This document shows, one piece after another, positions 53,802 to 64,000 of a stretch of 64,000 nt of DNA. Source of the DNA: Alphaproteobacteria bacterium (GTDB lineage: Bacteria > Pseudomonadota > Alphaproteobacteria > GCA-2731375); NCBI GenBank assembly GCA_965232515.1, contig CBDDPY010000002.1, positions 1,792,001-1,856,000 on the forward strand. The letters are read 5' to 3'. Position numbers and translations under genes: made by a program. Positions within the stretch are counted from its first letter, which is position 1; every line of letters starts with the position of its first letter. Under the pieces are notes generated by a model that saw only the letters and a list, made by a program, of their open reading frames with translations, had not been told where the DNA came from and searched no databases.

Positions 53802-56800
53802 GCGGGCTGATCGACTCGGCGATCAACCGCTCGCGAACGGTCCTCAGCACGCTGGTGCTGGTGCTGATCGCGGGCGCCGTCGCCTATGCGTCGATCCCGA
53901 AGGAGTCCAATCCGGACATCAACATTCCGATCATCTACGTGTCGATGACGCACGAAGGCATCTCGCCGGAAGATGCCGAGCGCCTGCTGGTGCGGCCGAT
54001 GGAGCAGGAGCTGCGGTCGATCGAGGGCGTCAAGGAGATGCGCTCGACCGCCTCCGAAGGTCATGCCTCGGTGCTGCTGGAGTTCTTCGCCGGCTTCGAT
54101 GCCGACGAGGCCATGCTCGACGTGCGCGAGAAGGTCGACCTGGTAAAGCCGGAGCTGCCCGACGAGACCGACGAGCCGACGGTGAACGAGGTCAATGTCG
54201 GTCTGTTCCCGGTCATTACCGTGACGCTGGCGGGCAACGTTCCCGAACGTACGCTCTTGAAGCTGGCCCGCGATCTTCAGGACGAGCTCGAGGCGTTGTC
54301 CGGCGTCCTGTCGGCGGACATCACCGGCGACCGCGAGGAAGTGCTCGAGATCGTCATCGATCCGGCGCGGCTCGAGAGCTACAACATCTCGCAGGCCGAG
54401 GTGCTGGATGCCGTCAGCCGGAACAACCGGCTCGTCGCGGCCGGCTCGCTCGACACCGGTGCCGGACGTTTCTCGGTCAAGGTACCGGGCCTGCTCGAAA
54501 CCGCGCGCGACGTTCTCGATCTGCCGGTGAAGGTGGCCGGCGACAGCGTCGTCACCATCGGCGACATCACCTCCGTACGACGCACCTTCAAGGACGCGAC
54601 CAGCTTCGCCCGCATTGATGGCCAGCCCGGCCTGGCGCTGGAAATCAAGAAGCGCCTGGGCGAAAACATCATCAGCACGATCCAGGACGTCCGCGACGTC
54701 GTGACCGAGATGCAGAAGAATTGGCCCGAGGGCGTCGAGGTCAGCTTCATCCAGGACGAGTCGACGAACATCCGGAACATGCTGTCCGACCTGCAGAACA
54801 ACGTGCTGAGCGCCATTCTGCTGGTCATGATCGTCGTCGTCGCCGCGCTCGGCCTGCGAACCGCAGGGCTGGTCGGCCTGGCGATCCCCTCCTCGTTCCT
54901 GTTCGGTATCCTGGTGCTGAGCGCCCTCGGCCTGACGGTGAACATCGTCGTGCTGTTCGCGCTCATCCTGTCCGTCGGCATGCTGGTCGACGGCGCCATC
55001 GTGGTCACCGAGCTCGCCGATCGGAAGATGGCCGAGGGGCTGCCGCGCGCGCAGGCCTATGCCGTCGCGGCCAAGCGCATGTCCTGGCCGATCATCGCCT
55101 CGACCGCGACCACGCTCGCCGCGTTCATGCCGCTGCTGTTCTGGCCGGATGTGGTCGGCGAGTTCATGAAGTATCTGCCGCTGACCCTGATCGTGACGCT
55201 GATCGGCTCGCTGATGATGGCATTGATCTTCGTGCCGACCCTGGGCGCGCTGATCGGCAAGCCAGGCGCCGCCGACCCGAAGGTCATGAAGGCGCTCGCC
55301 GCCGCCGAGACCGGCAACATCTCGAGCCTGCCGGGCCTGACCGGCATCTACGCGCGCATGCTGCAGCGGCTGATCCGCCATCCGCTGAAGGTCGTCGCCG
55401 CGGCCTTGGCCATGCTCATCGGCGTGCAATACTACTACTGGACCCACGGCAACGGCGTCGAGTTCTTCCCCGACGTTGAACCCGAGCAGGGCCTGGTCTA
55501 CGTCCATGCCCGCGGCAACATGTCGGCCTACGAGAAGGACTATTTGGTCAAAGAGGTCGAGGAGGCCGTACTTCAGGTTCCCGGCATCGAGACGGTCTAC
55601 TCCAGCACCGGCGGCGGCGGCGACGGCGACGAGAAGTCCGAGGACGTGGTCGGCACGATCTTCGTCGAATTCGCGGACTGGGAAGATCGTCGGCCGGCCA
55701 ACGAGGTTTTGCAGGAGATCCGTGACCGCACCAGCGGCCTCGCCGGCATCCAGGTCGAGACCCGGAAGCCCGAAGCCGGCCCACCGACCGGCAAGGACGT
55801 CCAGGTCGAGCTGCGCTCGCGCTTCCCCGAGAAGCTCGATCCGGTGGTGACCCTGATCCGCGACAAGCTTGAGGCCACGGACGGCCTGATCGACGTCGAG
55901 GACGGACGTCCCCTGCCCGGCATCGAGTGGGAGATTGCGGTCGATCGCGCCCAGGCCGGCCGCTTCGGCGCCGACGTGACCGCGGTCGGCAATGTCGTCC
56001 AGCTCGTCACCAACGGCATCAAGGTCGGCGAGTACCGGCCCGACGACGCCGATGAAGAAATCGACATCCGCGTCCGCTTTCCGCTCGACGAGCGCAATAT
56101 CGATCAGCTCGATAAGCTGCGGGTGCAGACGGCGATGGGCCTGGTGCCGATCAGCAACTTCGTGACCCGCCAACCGAAGCCGAAGACCGGCACCGTCAAC
56201 CGGACCGACGGCATGCGGTCGATCAAAGTCCAGGCCAATGTAACGACCGGCGTGCTGGTCGACGACAAGGTCACCGAGATCAAGGAATGGCTGCAGACGG
56301 TCGAGATCGATCCGGCGGTCAAGGTCGTCTTCAAGGGCGCCGACGAAGACCAGAACAAGGCCGCCGCCTTCCTGCAACGAGCCTTCGGCATCGCGCTCTT
56401 CGTCATGGCGATCATCCTGATCACCCAGTTCAACAGCTTCTATCACGCGCTGCTGATCCTGACGGCCGTGATCATGTCGACGGTCGGCGTCTTCCTCGGC
56501 CTGATCATCACCGGTCAGACCTTCGGCATTGTGATGACCGGTATCGGCGTGATCGCGCTGGCCGGCATCGTCGTGAACAACAACATCGTGCTGATCGACA
56601 CCTATGCGCGGCTAAAGAAGGACATGCCGGCGGCCGAGGCCGTGGTGCGCACCGGCGCCCAGCGTTTGCGGCCCGTGATGCTGACCACGATCACCACCAT
56701 GCTCGGCCTGCTGCCCATGGTATTGCAGGTCAACATCGACTTCTTTTCGCGCAGCGTGACTCAGGGCGCGCCGTCGACGCAGTGGTGGGTGCAGCTCTCG

Positions 56801-56986
56801 ACGGCGGTCATGTTCGGTCTCGGATTCGCGACCCTGCTGACGCTGATCGTCACACCAACGCTGCTGGCGCTTGGCGGCAACACCAGCGAATGGCTGGCAC
56901 GCCGTCGCAGCCGACGCGCCGAGCGCAAGGCGGCCACCGAAATCCAGCCGGCGCCCGAGCCGGCCATGCCGCAAGCTGCGGAATAG
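53798..56986 (+). CDS. RND efflux permease (AcrB/AcrD/AcrF superfamily)
   Basis: 1062 aa; GMLVDGAIVV, GIVVNNNIVL, RLRPVMLTT. Confidence 0.95.
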   Translation: MSGLIDSAINRSRTVLSTLVLVLIAGAVAYASIPKESNPDINIPIIYVSMTHEGISPEDAERLLVRPMEQELRSIEGVKEMRSTASEGHASVLLEFFAGFDADEAMLDVREKVDLVKPELPDETDEPTVNEVNVGLFPVITVTLAGNVPERTLLKLARDLQDELEALSGVLSADITGDREEVLEIVIDPARLESYNISQAEVLDAVSRNNRLVAAGSLDTGAGRFSVKVPGLLETARDVLDLPVKVAGDSVVTIGDITSVRRTFKDATSFARIDGQPGLALEIKKRLGENIISTIQDVRDVVTEMQKNWPEGVEVSFIQDESTNIRNMLSDLQNNVLSAILLVMIVVVAALGLRTAGLVGLAIPSSFLFGILVLSALGLTVNIVVLFALILSVGMLVDGAIVVTELADRKMAEGLPRAQAYAVAAKRMSWPIIASTATTLAAFMPLLFWPDVVGEFMKYLPLTLIVTLIGSLMMALIFVPTLGALIGKPGAADPKVMKALAAAETGNISSLPGLTGIYARMLQRLIRHPLKVVAAALAMLIGVQYYYWTHGNGVEFFPDVEPEQGLVYVHARGNMSAYEKDYLVKEVEEAVLQVPGIETVYSSTGGGGDGDEKSEDVVGTIFVEFADWEDRRPANEVLQEIRDRTSGLAGIQVETRKPEAGPPTGKDVQVELRSRFPEKLDPVVTLIRDKLEATDGLIDVEDGRPLPGIEWEIAVDRAQAGRFGADVTAVGNVVQLVTNGIKVGEYRPDDADEEIDIRVRFPLDERNIDQLDKLRVQTAMGLVPISNFVTRQPKPKTGTVNRTDGMRSIKVQANVTTGVLVDDKVTEIKEWLQTVEIDPAVKVVFKGADEDQNKAAAFLQRAFGIALFVMAIILITQFNSFYHALLILTAVIMSTVGVFLGLIITGQTFGIVMTGIGVIALAGIVVNNNIVLIDTYARLKKDMPAAEAVVRTGAQRLRPVMLTTITTMLGLLPMVLQVNIDFFSRSVTQGAPSTQWWVQLSTAVMFGLGFATLLTLIVTPTLLALGGNTSEWLARRRSRRAERKAATEIQPAPEPAMPQAAE

Positions 56987-57021
56987 AGCGGGAGGTTATG
57001 ATGAACGTGATGGCGTTGCGA

Positions 57022-57855
57022 CTACTCGGCCGCCTCACCCTTCTTCGGGTCCTGTTCGGCGGACCCTGTTTGCGACGCTGCGCCGCCGTCCGCTGAATCG
57101 TTCGCGGCGCTGACCGACCGCTCATAGCGGCGGTAGCGCATGACCGAGAACGGGATGCTGGCGAGATAGGCGAATCCGATGGTCGACAACACGAACCACG
57201 GATAACTGACCAGCATGGCGGCGACGATGCCGACGACCACCAGCAGCGGCAGCACCTGCTCGCGACGAACACGCAATCCCTTGAACGAATAGGTCGGAAT
57301 GCGACTGACCATCAGCAACGCCACGACCAACAACCAGATCGACATCAGCTCGGGCACCCTGACCGCATCGCCGACCTGAAAGCTGACCGCCAGCGGCAAC
57401 ATGGCGAAGCCGGCGCCGGCGGGCGCCGCGACGCCGGTGAAGAACTTGCCGGCCCAGGCCGGGCGGTCGGGATCGTCCAGCGCCGTGTTGAAGCGCGCCA
57501 GCCGCAGGGCGCAGCAAGTGCCGAAGGCGAGCGAGGCCATCCAGCCGAAACCGCCGAGCTCATGCGTGCTCCAAAGGAACACCAGCAGGGCCGGCGCCAC
57601 GCCGAAGCAGACGAAATCCGACAGCGAGTCCATTTCGGCGCCGAACTTGGTGGCGCCTTTCAGCAGGCGCGCCACCCGGCCGTCCAGCCCGTCCAGAATG
57701 GCCGCGACGACGATCGCGATCACCGCCAGCTCGTAACGCTCCTGCAGAGCGAAGCGGATCGAGGTCATGCCGGCGCAGAGCGCCAATACCGTCAGCACGT
57801 TCGGAATCAGGCTATTGACCGGTAGGCCCCGCGGCCGATAGCGCCGCCTAAGCAT
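57022..57855 (-). CDS. pssA: CDP-diacylglycerol--serine O-phosphatidyltransferase
   Basis: DGLDGRVAR...GAEMDSLSD CDP-alcohol motif, LRLARFN. Confidence 0.95.
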   Translation of the reverse strand: MLRRRYRPRGLPVNSLIPNVLTVLALCAGMTSIRFALQERYELAVIAIVVAAILDGLDGRVARLLKGATKFGAEMDSLSDFVCFGVAPALLVFLWSTHELGGFGWMASLAFGTCCALRLARFNTALDDPDRPAWAGKFFTGVAAPAGAGFAMLPLAVSFQVGDAVRVPELMSIWLLVVALLMVSRIPTYSFKGLRVRREQVLPLLVVVGIVAAMLVSYPWFVLSTIGFAYLASIPFSVMRYRRYERSVSAANDSADGGAASQTGSAEQDPKKGEAAE

Positions 57856-58547
57856 CAGCGCACCTCGCCATGCCGGCGCGGCTCGTCGGTTCCGGTCACC
57901 GCCAGCACGGTTTCTCCGGCGATCGCCCGCTGGCCGGTGGCGACCATCGGCGTCTGACCCTCGTCCAGATAAACGTCGACCCGGCTGCCGAACCGGATCA
58001 TGCCGAACCGTTCGCCCGTGCGCACGGGCTGGCCTTCATACAGTTCGCAGAGAATGCGCCGGGCGACCAGACCGGCGATCTGCACCACAGCGATATCCTT
58101 GCCGTCCGATGTCGCCAGCCTCACGCATTGGCGCTCATTGTCTTCGCTCGCCTTGTCGAGCGACGCGTTCAGGAACTTGCCGGCGCGATAGGCCAGCGCC
58201 GTCACTTCGCCGTCGGCCGGCATGCGGTTCACATGCACATCGAACACATTCATGAAGACGCAAATGCGCGTTCTTGGAGCATCTCCCATCCCCAGCTCGG
58301 GCGGCGGCGGCGCGGATCCGACGCTTTGCACCACGCCGTCGGCAGGGCTGACGATCAGCCCCTCGCCGACCGGCGTGACCCGTGGCGGATCACGAAAGAA
58401 GTAGGCGCACCAGGCCGTGGCGACAACACCGACCCAGCCCAGCGGGTCCGCAATCCAGAACAGGATCAGCGTTGCCAGGACAAAAAGCGCAATGAAGCGA
58501 TAACCTTCGACGTGTATCGGCACCAGGACGGAACGGATTGTTTCCAT
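57855..58547 (-). CDS. psd: phosphatidylserine decarboxylase
   Basis: FFRDP, SPADG, DVHVNR, RFGSRVD autocleavage motif. Confidence 0.96.
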   Translation of the reverse strand: METIRSVLVPIHVEGYRFIALFVLATLILFWIADPLGWVGVVATAWCAYFFRDPPRVTPVGEGLIVSPADGVVQSVGSAPPPPELGMGDAPRTRICVFMNVFDVHVNRMPADGEVTALAYRAGKFLNASLDKASEDNERQCVRLATSDGKDIAVVQIAGLVARRILCELYEGQPVRTGERFGMIRFGSRVDVYLDEGQTPMVATGQRAIAGETVLAVTGTDEPRRHGEVR

Positions 58548-58620
58548 ATCGCTTTCGGTCTCTCCGACGAACTGACGGCGCGGAGTTTATACCAAACGCC
58601 ACCGATATTGCCCTTTGGTA

Positions 58621-60513
58621 TTAACTCTGGCGAACACCGGTGCCGACGCCGGCAACGGGGTCCGCGACTGGCGCCGCGTCCTCGTCATCGGCCAAAGCAT
58701 GCAACCGCCGCTCGGCTTCGGCGGCTTCCTGCTGCCGGGCCCACATGGCCGCATAGAGGCCCTGCCGCGCCAACAGCTCCTGATGTCGGCCGCGTTCGGC
58801 GATGCGGCCCTCCTCCAGCACGATGATCTCGTCGGCGTCGACCACCGTCGACAGGCGGTGCGCCACCACCAGCGTCGTGCGGTCGGCCGAGACCTCGCGC
58901 AGCGAGGCCTGGATCTCCTGTTCGGTCTGCGAGTCCAGCGCCGACGTCGCCTCGTCGAACAGCAGGACCTCCGGGTCTTTCAGGATCGTGCGCGCGATGG
59001 CCACACGCTGCTTCTCGCCCCCCGACAGCTTCAGCCCGCGCTCGCCGACCATGCTGTCATAGCCTTCGGGCAGTGCGGCGATAAAGTCGTGAATACGGGC
59101 CAGACGGGCGGCCTGCTCGATCTCCTCGTCGGTCGCCGCCGGACGGCCGTAACGGATGTTGTACCGGATGGTGTCGTTGAACAGCACGGTATCCTGCGGA
59201 ACGATGCCGAACGCGGCGCGCAGGCTGCGCTGCGTAACCGTGCGCACATCCTGGCCGTCGACCAGGACCCGGCCCGACTGCACGTCGTAGAACCGGAACA
59301 GCAGGCGCGAAATTGTCGACTTGCCCGCCCCGGACGGGCCGACCACGGCAATGGTCTTGCCGGCCGGCACCTGGAAGGAGATGCCTTTCAGGATCGGCCG
59401 CGCCGGATCGTAAGCGAAATGCACGTCCTCGAAGGCGATCTCGCCGCCATGCTGCTGCAGCGGCCGGGCGTCCGGCCCGTCGGCCACTTCGGTATTGACG
59501 TCCAGCAACCGAAACATCTGCTCCATATCCACAAGGCTCTGCTTGATCTCGCGGTAGACGAACCCGAGGAAGTTGAGCGGCTGATAGAGCTGGATCAGGA
59601 AGGTGTTGATCAGCACGAAATCGCCCAGCGTCATGTCGCCGTTGGCGACGCCGTTGCCGGCCATCAACATGACCACGACCAGGCCGGTCGAGATGATAAC
59701 GCCCTGCCCGATATTCAACAGCGACAGCGTCGACTGGCTGGTCACGGCGGCCCGCTCATAGCGAGCCATGGCATCGTCGAACCGCTTCGCCTCGTGCGGC
59801 TCGTTGCCGAAATACTTCACCGTCTCGAAGTTCAGCAGGCTGTCGATGGCCCGGGTGTTGGCGATCGTGTCCGTGCGGTTCATCTCGCGCCGGTATTTGA
59901 TGCGCCACTCGGTGATCATCAACGTGAAGGTGATATAGCCGGCCACCGCCACGAAGGTGACGGCCGAGAATGCGAAGCCGTAGTTCACCAGCAGGATGCC
60001 GCAGACCAGGAAGATCTCCAGCAGCGTCGGCAGAATGTTGAACAGCGTGAAGCGCAGCAGGAAGTCGATGCCCTTGGTGCCACGCTCGATGACCCGGCTC
60101 AGGCCGCCGGTCCGACGCTCCAGATGGAACCGCAGGGCCAGCGCGTGAAGGTGACGAAAGGTCTCCAGCGCCACGGTGCGCAGCGCATGCTGGCCGACCT
60201 TGGCGAATACCGCGTCGCGCAGTTCGCCGAAGGCCTGCGACAGCACCCGGGCGACGCCATAAGCGACGACCAGCAGCACCGGGACGACCAGCACGGCATT
60301 GATCGAGGCGTCGAGCGCGTCGACCGCCGCCTTGTACAGGAACGGCACGTAAACGATCGTCACCTTGGCCGCCGTCAGCAGCGCCAGCGCGATCAGAACG
60401 CGTATCCGCAGATCCAACCGGCCGCGCGGCCAGAGATACGGCAGCAACTTGCGCAATGTGCGCAGATGGTTCTGCGGCACTTCTTCTGCCGCTGGATCGA
60501 AGCTCGTCGACAT
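58621..60513 (-). CDS. ATM1/HMT1-like ABC exporter (permease + ATPase)
   Basis: RFHLERRTGGLSR, SLLNFETVKYF, GPSGAGKS, LSGGEKQR, DEATSALD. Confidence 0.92.
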   Translation of the reverse strand: MSTSFDPAAEEVPQNHLRTLRKLLPYLWPRGRLDLRIRVLIALALLTAAKVTIVYVPFLYKAAVDALDASINAVLVVPVLLVVAYGVARVLSQAFGELRDAVFAKVGQHALRTVALETFRHLHALALRFHLERRTGGLSRVIERGTKGIDFLLRFTLFNILPTLLEIFLVCGILLVNYGFAFSAVTFVAVAGYITFTLMITEWRIKYRREMNRTDTIANTRAIDSLLNFETVKYFGNEPHEAKRFDDAMARYERAAVTSQSTLSLLNIGQGVIISTGLVVVMLMAGNGVANGDMTLGDFVLINTFLIQLYQPLNFLGFVYREIKQSLVDMEQMFRLLDVNTEVADGPDARPLQQHGGEIAFEDVHFAYDPARPILKGISFQVPAGKTIAVVGPSGAGKSTISRLLFRFYDVQSGRVLVDGQDVRTVTQRSLRAAFGIVPQDTVLFNDTIRYNIRYGRPAATDEEIEQAARLARIHDFIAALPEGYDSMVGERGLKLSGGEKQRVAIARTILKDPEVLLFDEATSALDSQTEQEIQASLREVSADRTTLVVAHRLSTVVDADEIIVLEEGRIAERGRHQELLARQGLYAAMWARQQEAAEAERRLHALADDEDAAPVADPVAGVGTGVRQS

Positions 60514-60654
60514 CAGGAAGGCCTGGAATTCATGGGCCGGGTGCGGCCATTCGATAGCCGCCACGAGCGGCCGGTCGTCTGCCTAAGAATTTAGTGCGTT
60601 TTGGTTTGAATTGCCCACGTTTTCCCCGGTGTTGGGCGAATTCCACCTGCCCGA

Positions 60655-62079
60655 TCAGCCCGGCGTCGGCACCGAGAATACCTGGCCGGGATAGATCAGA
60701 TCGGGGTTGCGGATCTGATCGGCGTTGGCCTCGTAGATGACGGTGAACTTCATGCCGGTCCCATAGACCCGGCGGGCGATCCGCCAGAGGCTGTTGCCGG
60801 GCTGCACGATCACGCGCCCGGTCGCATCGGCCAGCTTGGTGCGCTCGACCCGCGTGAACGGCACCTCGACGCGGGCCACGACCTTGCCGTCGGCCGCTAC
60901 CTGATCGACGCGCAGCGTATATTGGCCCGGCGCCACGGACGCCTCCGGCGATACCTGCCAACTGCGCTTGGCGCCGGTAACCGCGCTGCCGATCGGCTGG
61001 TTGTCGACATAGGTCTGGACCTTGGCGCCGGACGGCGCCGAGCCGGACAGGACCACGTTCCCGGACTCGTCATAGTCGACTGTATCGATGCTCAGGTCGC
61101 CGGCCCTGGGCGCCGCCGGATCGGGCGGCGGCTTCTGCAAGATGCGGCTCGCCTGCTTGGTCTCGGCCGGCAGCTGCACGATCAGCGGCTTGGAGGCCCG
61201 GTCCGCCGCGGCGACCGACGTGGGCCGTTCCGGCACCACGACGACAACAGGCGCGGGTGAAAACAGCTCGCTGCCGTCGACCAGATGCGCGATCAGCGTC
61301 AGTTCGTGGCTGCCGGGGGCGAAAGACTCGTTATCCGTGGTCAGCACCCATTCGCCGCGGCCGTCGGTCGTTCCCGTCAGGATCGGCTCGCCATTGCTGT
61401 AGAGCGTGACGCGGGCGCCAACGGGCGCGCGTCCGGCGATGACGCCAAGACCGTCGCCGGCGATGCGGACAACATCGAAACTGGGCGGCGGCGGTCCGGG
61501 CGGCGGCGCCGGCTGAGCCGGAACCGCTGGCGCGTTCGGCGACGGCTTGGTAACCGCGGCACGGTCGGCCGACGGCGCCGGCTTCGTTGCGGGCGGTGCC
61601 GTCCTGGCCGGCGCGACGGCGGCCACGGCCGGCGCCGGTTTGGACGCCGAGGGTTGTCCGGTTGCATCGACCGCTTCGCGGTCGACAAGCGGGGTGTCGG
61701 GTTCCTTGCCGGCCGGGCGAACGCCACCGGTCGGTTGCGTGGCGGCAACAGAGGTATCTCTCGGCGGTGACGGCTGCTTGACCGTCGTCCCCGACGTCTC
61801 GCCGGATGGGCCGGTGACGGCTGCCGGCGCCTGGTCCGTGCCCGGGGCCGACGGCGCCGGCGACGCTACCGTTTGGGAAGATGTCGCCGGAGCGGGTGTC
61901 GCCGGAGCGGATGTGGTCTGGGAGGATGTGGCCTGGGAGGATGTCGTTGGCGCGACCGCCACCCCGCTCGCGTCGTCGTCCTGGCCTCGCGGATACAGGA
62001 CGAAGGCGAGGATCACCGCCGCAAGGGCGAAAGCGACAACAACGGCTGTAGTTCGCACGCAGCCTCCAGTACGAATCAA
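60655..62079 (-). CDS. LysM peptidoglycan-binding protein with Pro/Ala/Thr linker and Ig-like domains
   Basis: N-terminal TM, low-complexity linker, PSFDVVR, C-terminal VQPGNSLWRIA...NPDLIYPGQ. Confidence 0.88.
   Translation of the reverse strand: MIRTGGCVRTTAVVVAFALAAVILAFVLYPRGQDDDASGVAVAPTTSSQATSSQTTSAPATPAPATSSQTVASPAPSAPGTDQAPAAVTGPSGETSGTTVKQPSPPRDTSVAATQPTGGVRPAGKEPDTPLVDREAVDATGQPSASKPAPAVAAVAPARTAPPATKPAPSADRAAVTKPSPNAPAVPAQPAPPPGPPPPSFDVVRIAGDGLGVIAGRAPVGARVTLYSNGEPILTGTTDGRGEWVLTTDNESFAPGSHELTLIAHLVDGSELFSPAPVVVVVPERPTSVAAADRASKPLIVQLPAETKQASRILQKPPPDPAAPRAGDLSIDTVDYDESGNVVLSGSAPSGAKVQTYVDNQPIGSAVTGAKRSWQVSPEASVAPGQYTLRVDQVAADGKVVARVEVPFTRVERTKLADATGRVIVQPGNSLWRIARRVYGTGMKFTVIYEANADQIRNPDLIYPGQVFSVPTPG
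61872..61945. repeat. short in-frame tandem repeats in the LysM linker (TSSQA/TSSQT, APAT)
   Basis: TGGGAGGATGT twice at 15-bp spacing; TGTCGCCGGAGCGG twice. Confidence 0.6.
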
Positions 62080-62126
62080 AACCCAACCTAGTCTCTAGCA
62101 GCCGACGCGGCAATCCCCGACAGTAT

Positions 62127-63014
62127 TTATTGTGCTCTCTTAACCACGTTTTCGATCGGCGGCACTTTTTTCAAGTAGGCGGCAATTGCGCGCAGGTCTT
62201 CTTCGGTCAGGTATTTCAGCCCGTCGTCGATGGCCTCTTGCATGCTGCCCTGGACATCATCGAAGTTCGGCTTCAGGCCGGTCTGCAACAGCTGCACGAT
62301 GTCGCCCGCCGACCAGTCGCCGATGCCGGTCGGGTGCGGGGTGATATTGGCCGCCAGCTCGCCATCGGGACCATCCGGCGTGCCGGCCAGCCACCTGCCG
62401 CGTTCGAGGGCGCCGAAGGAATTGCGCGGCGTGTGGCATTCGCCGCAATGGGACAGCGCCTCCACCAGGTAGGCGCCACGGCGCTCAGTCTCGGTCAACG
62501 CCGGATCGGCCTCGAATTCGCCCGGATCGAAGAACAGCCACTGCCAGAACCACATGGTCCAGCGCCAGCCGAATGGCGGCGACACGTCGTGGTCGCGGTT
62601 GGGCGCCCGCACCGGCGGCCGAGAGAACAGGTAGGCCCTGATGGCGCGCGCATCTGTCTCGCGCATATTCGTGTAGGTGGTGTAGGGAAACACGGGGAAA
62701 TAGCGGCTGCCATCGGGGCTGACTCCGTGGCGCAGGGCATTCACGAAATCCGCGTCCGACCAGCCGCCGATGCCGGTTTCCGGGTCGGGCGTGATGTTCG
62801 GGCTGTAATAGGTGCCGAACGGCGTCTTCAGGGCCCGACCGCCGGCCAGCATCTCGCCGCCGCCCTTATGGTCGGTGTGGCAGCTCACGCAGCCGGCGGC
62901 GCGCAGCAGATATTCGCCGCGGGCGATCTCAGCGGGGTCCGCACCGGCCGCCATCGGCAGCATCAGGCCCAGCATGAACATGCCGGCGGCCCGCCAAAGG
63001 CGGCCCGCCGGCAT
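62127..63014 (-). CDS. diheme cytochrome c (dehydrogenase cytochrome-subunit-like)
   Basis: CVSCH and CGECH; TPFGTYYSPNITPD..TGIG.W; start ATG 63014 approximate. Confidence 0.88.
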   Translation of the reverse strand: MPAGRLWRAAGMFMLGLMLPMAAGADPAEIARGEYLLRAAGCVSCHTDHKGGGEMLAGGRALKTPFGTYYSPNITPDPETGIGGWSDADFVNALRHGVSPDGSRYFPVFPYTTYTNMRETDARAIRAYLFSRPPVRAPNRDHDVSPPFGWRWTMWFWQWLFFDPGEFEADPALTETERRGAYLVEALSHCGECHTPRNSFGALERGRWLAGTPDGPDGELAANITPHPTGIGDWSAGDIVQLLQTGLKPNFDDVQGSMQEAIDDGLKYLTEEDLRAIAAYLKKVPPIENVVKRAQ

Positions 63015-63046
63015 TCTCAAGACATGTCGATAACGTACTGTCAGCG

Positions 63047-63502
63047 CTACTCTTTCGGTTTGCGGAACGGCTTGTGGCAACCGCCGCAGGTCTTGCCGAC
63101 GGCGCCCAGGGCGGCGCCGATCTGGCCCTTGTCGCCGGACATCGCCGCCGTCACCAGCGCCGGCGTCGCCATCTCGAAATCCTTCGCCGCCTTCTCGAAG
63201 CCGGCCCAATCGGACCAGATCTCGGGCTTCGAGCGGGATTTCGCGTCCGCCGAGCCAGCCGGGAACAGGCCGACGACATCGTGGCTGATCATCTCGATAC
63301 CCTTGGCATGGTCGACGATCGCCGGCGAGTAGTCCGCCTCGCCTTTCGCCACCTTGGCGATGGCGCCCATATGGCCGCCCAGATCCTTCATCACCTTGGT
63401 CCGTTTTTCCTGCGCCGTTTCGGCAACGGCGGCGCCCGCCGCGAGCACCACACACATGCCGCCGGCAAGCAGAACTTTCGTCAACCCAGGACTACGCATC
63501 AC
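63047..63502 (-). CDS. class II cytochrome c (c'/c556-like)
   Basis: Signal peptide, RTKVM, FPAGS, PEIWSDW..F, C-terminal CGGCHKPFR. Confidence 0.9.
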   Translation of the reverse strand: MMRSPGLTKVLLAGGMCVVLAAGAAVAETAQEKRTKVMKDLGGHMGAIAKVAKGEADYSPAIVDHAKGIEMISHDVVGLFPAGSADAKSRSKPEIWSDWAGFEKAAKDFEMATPALVTAAMSGDKGQIGAALGAVGKTCGGCHKPFRKPKE

Positions 63503-63614
63503 CCAGACCCTCCCTAGTCGGTTACGTTATCTACTGTAAACGCCGTGGTTCGGGAATCCTTCCCGCGCGTTCTTCACATCTTCGCGAACGGCGTTGACAC
63601 CAGGTCGTCACAGC

Positions 63615-63998
63615 CTAGTCCGGCAACGCCACGGTGATCTCGGCGCCACCCAGCCCATGGACCGAATCGTGCGCCCGAATGCGCACTTCGTCTACGCCGT
63701 CGGGAATCTCGACGCCGCGTAGCGAACGCGTGAACGGCTGCTCGTCGACGTGCGGGTGCAGCAGAACGCGCGCGCCCAGCACCGTATCGCCGGGCCCCAC
63801 CACGTCCCAGCGGTCGGCATAATGGTCCCAACCGGTGTCGTCGTGCCGCACCGTGACATCGAAGCGGTAGACGCCGGGGCCGGTCTTGGTCACATTGACG
63901 CCGACAATGTCGGCCTCGCCCGCCGTCGCCCCGGCCGCCAGGACCGCTGCGGCGAGGCACGACAGCAGGAAGCGCCAACAAACTCTGAGTACGGTCAT
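63615..63998 (-). CDS. exported His-motif hypothetical protein
   Basis: Signal peptide; HDDTGWDHYADRW, RVLLHPHVDEQPFTRS, AHDSVHG. Confidence 0.75.
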   Translation of the reverse strand: MTVLRVCWRFLLSCLAAAVLAAGATAGEADIVGVNVTKTGPGVYRFDVTVRHDDTGWDHYADRWDVVGPGDTVLGARVLLHPHVDEQPFTRSLRGVEIPDGVDEVRIRAHDSVHGLGGAEITVALPD

Positions 63999-64000
63999 GT

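Noticed and set aside
53738-56446. Very long antisense or alternate-frame ORFs (902 aa here; also 58615-60594, 17076-18977, 10601-12439, 36102-37739)
   Set aside because: Shadow ORFs opposite well-supported genes, expected from high-GC codon bias; no recognisable motifs.

Overview
This is a high-GC alphaproteobacterial (Rhodospirillales-like) chromosomal segment, mostly core genes: gmk-yicC-mltG-fabF-acpP-fabG-fabD, rpsF-rpsR-rplI, cfa-dnaB-alr-mlaEF-radA-cvpA-purF, der-bamB-yfgM, guaA-rsmB-guaB, rlmE-ppx, tRNA-Gln(CTG), signalling genes (PAS histidine kinase, response regulator, hybrid kinase), a PadR-RND efflux unit, pssA-psd, an ATM1-type ABC exporter, a LysM protein and two c-type cytochromes. 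The standout is an accessory block between yfgM and the 3' end of guaA (~24.7-32.2 kb; the 26.7-32.2 kb part looks lower in GC by eye). A near-consensus Zur box sits between two divergent arms. The left arm is a tightly coupled five-gene operon: small helical ORF A, COG0523/ZigA-type GTPase, small helical ORF B, Fe-type alcohol dehydrogenase and a DUF1826-like protein. ORFs A and B look like divergent paralogues bracketing the metallochaperone. The right arm is decaying: a Zur-like regulator lacking two sensory ligands, a CobW C-terminal fragment, a SufE fragment and an intact IscU/SufU-like scaffold. All assignments come from motif recognition by eye; no searches were run.
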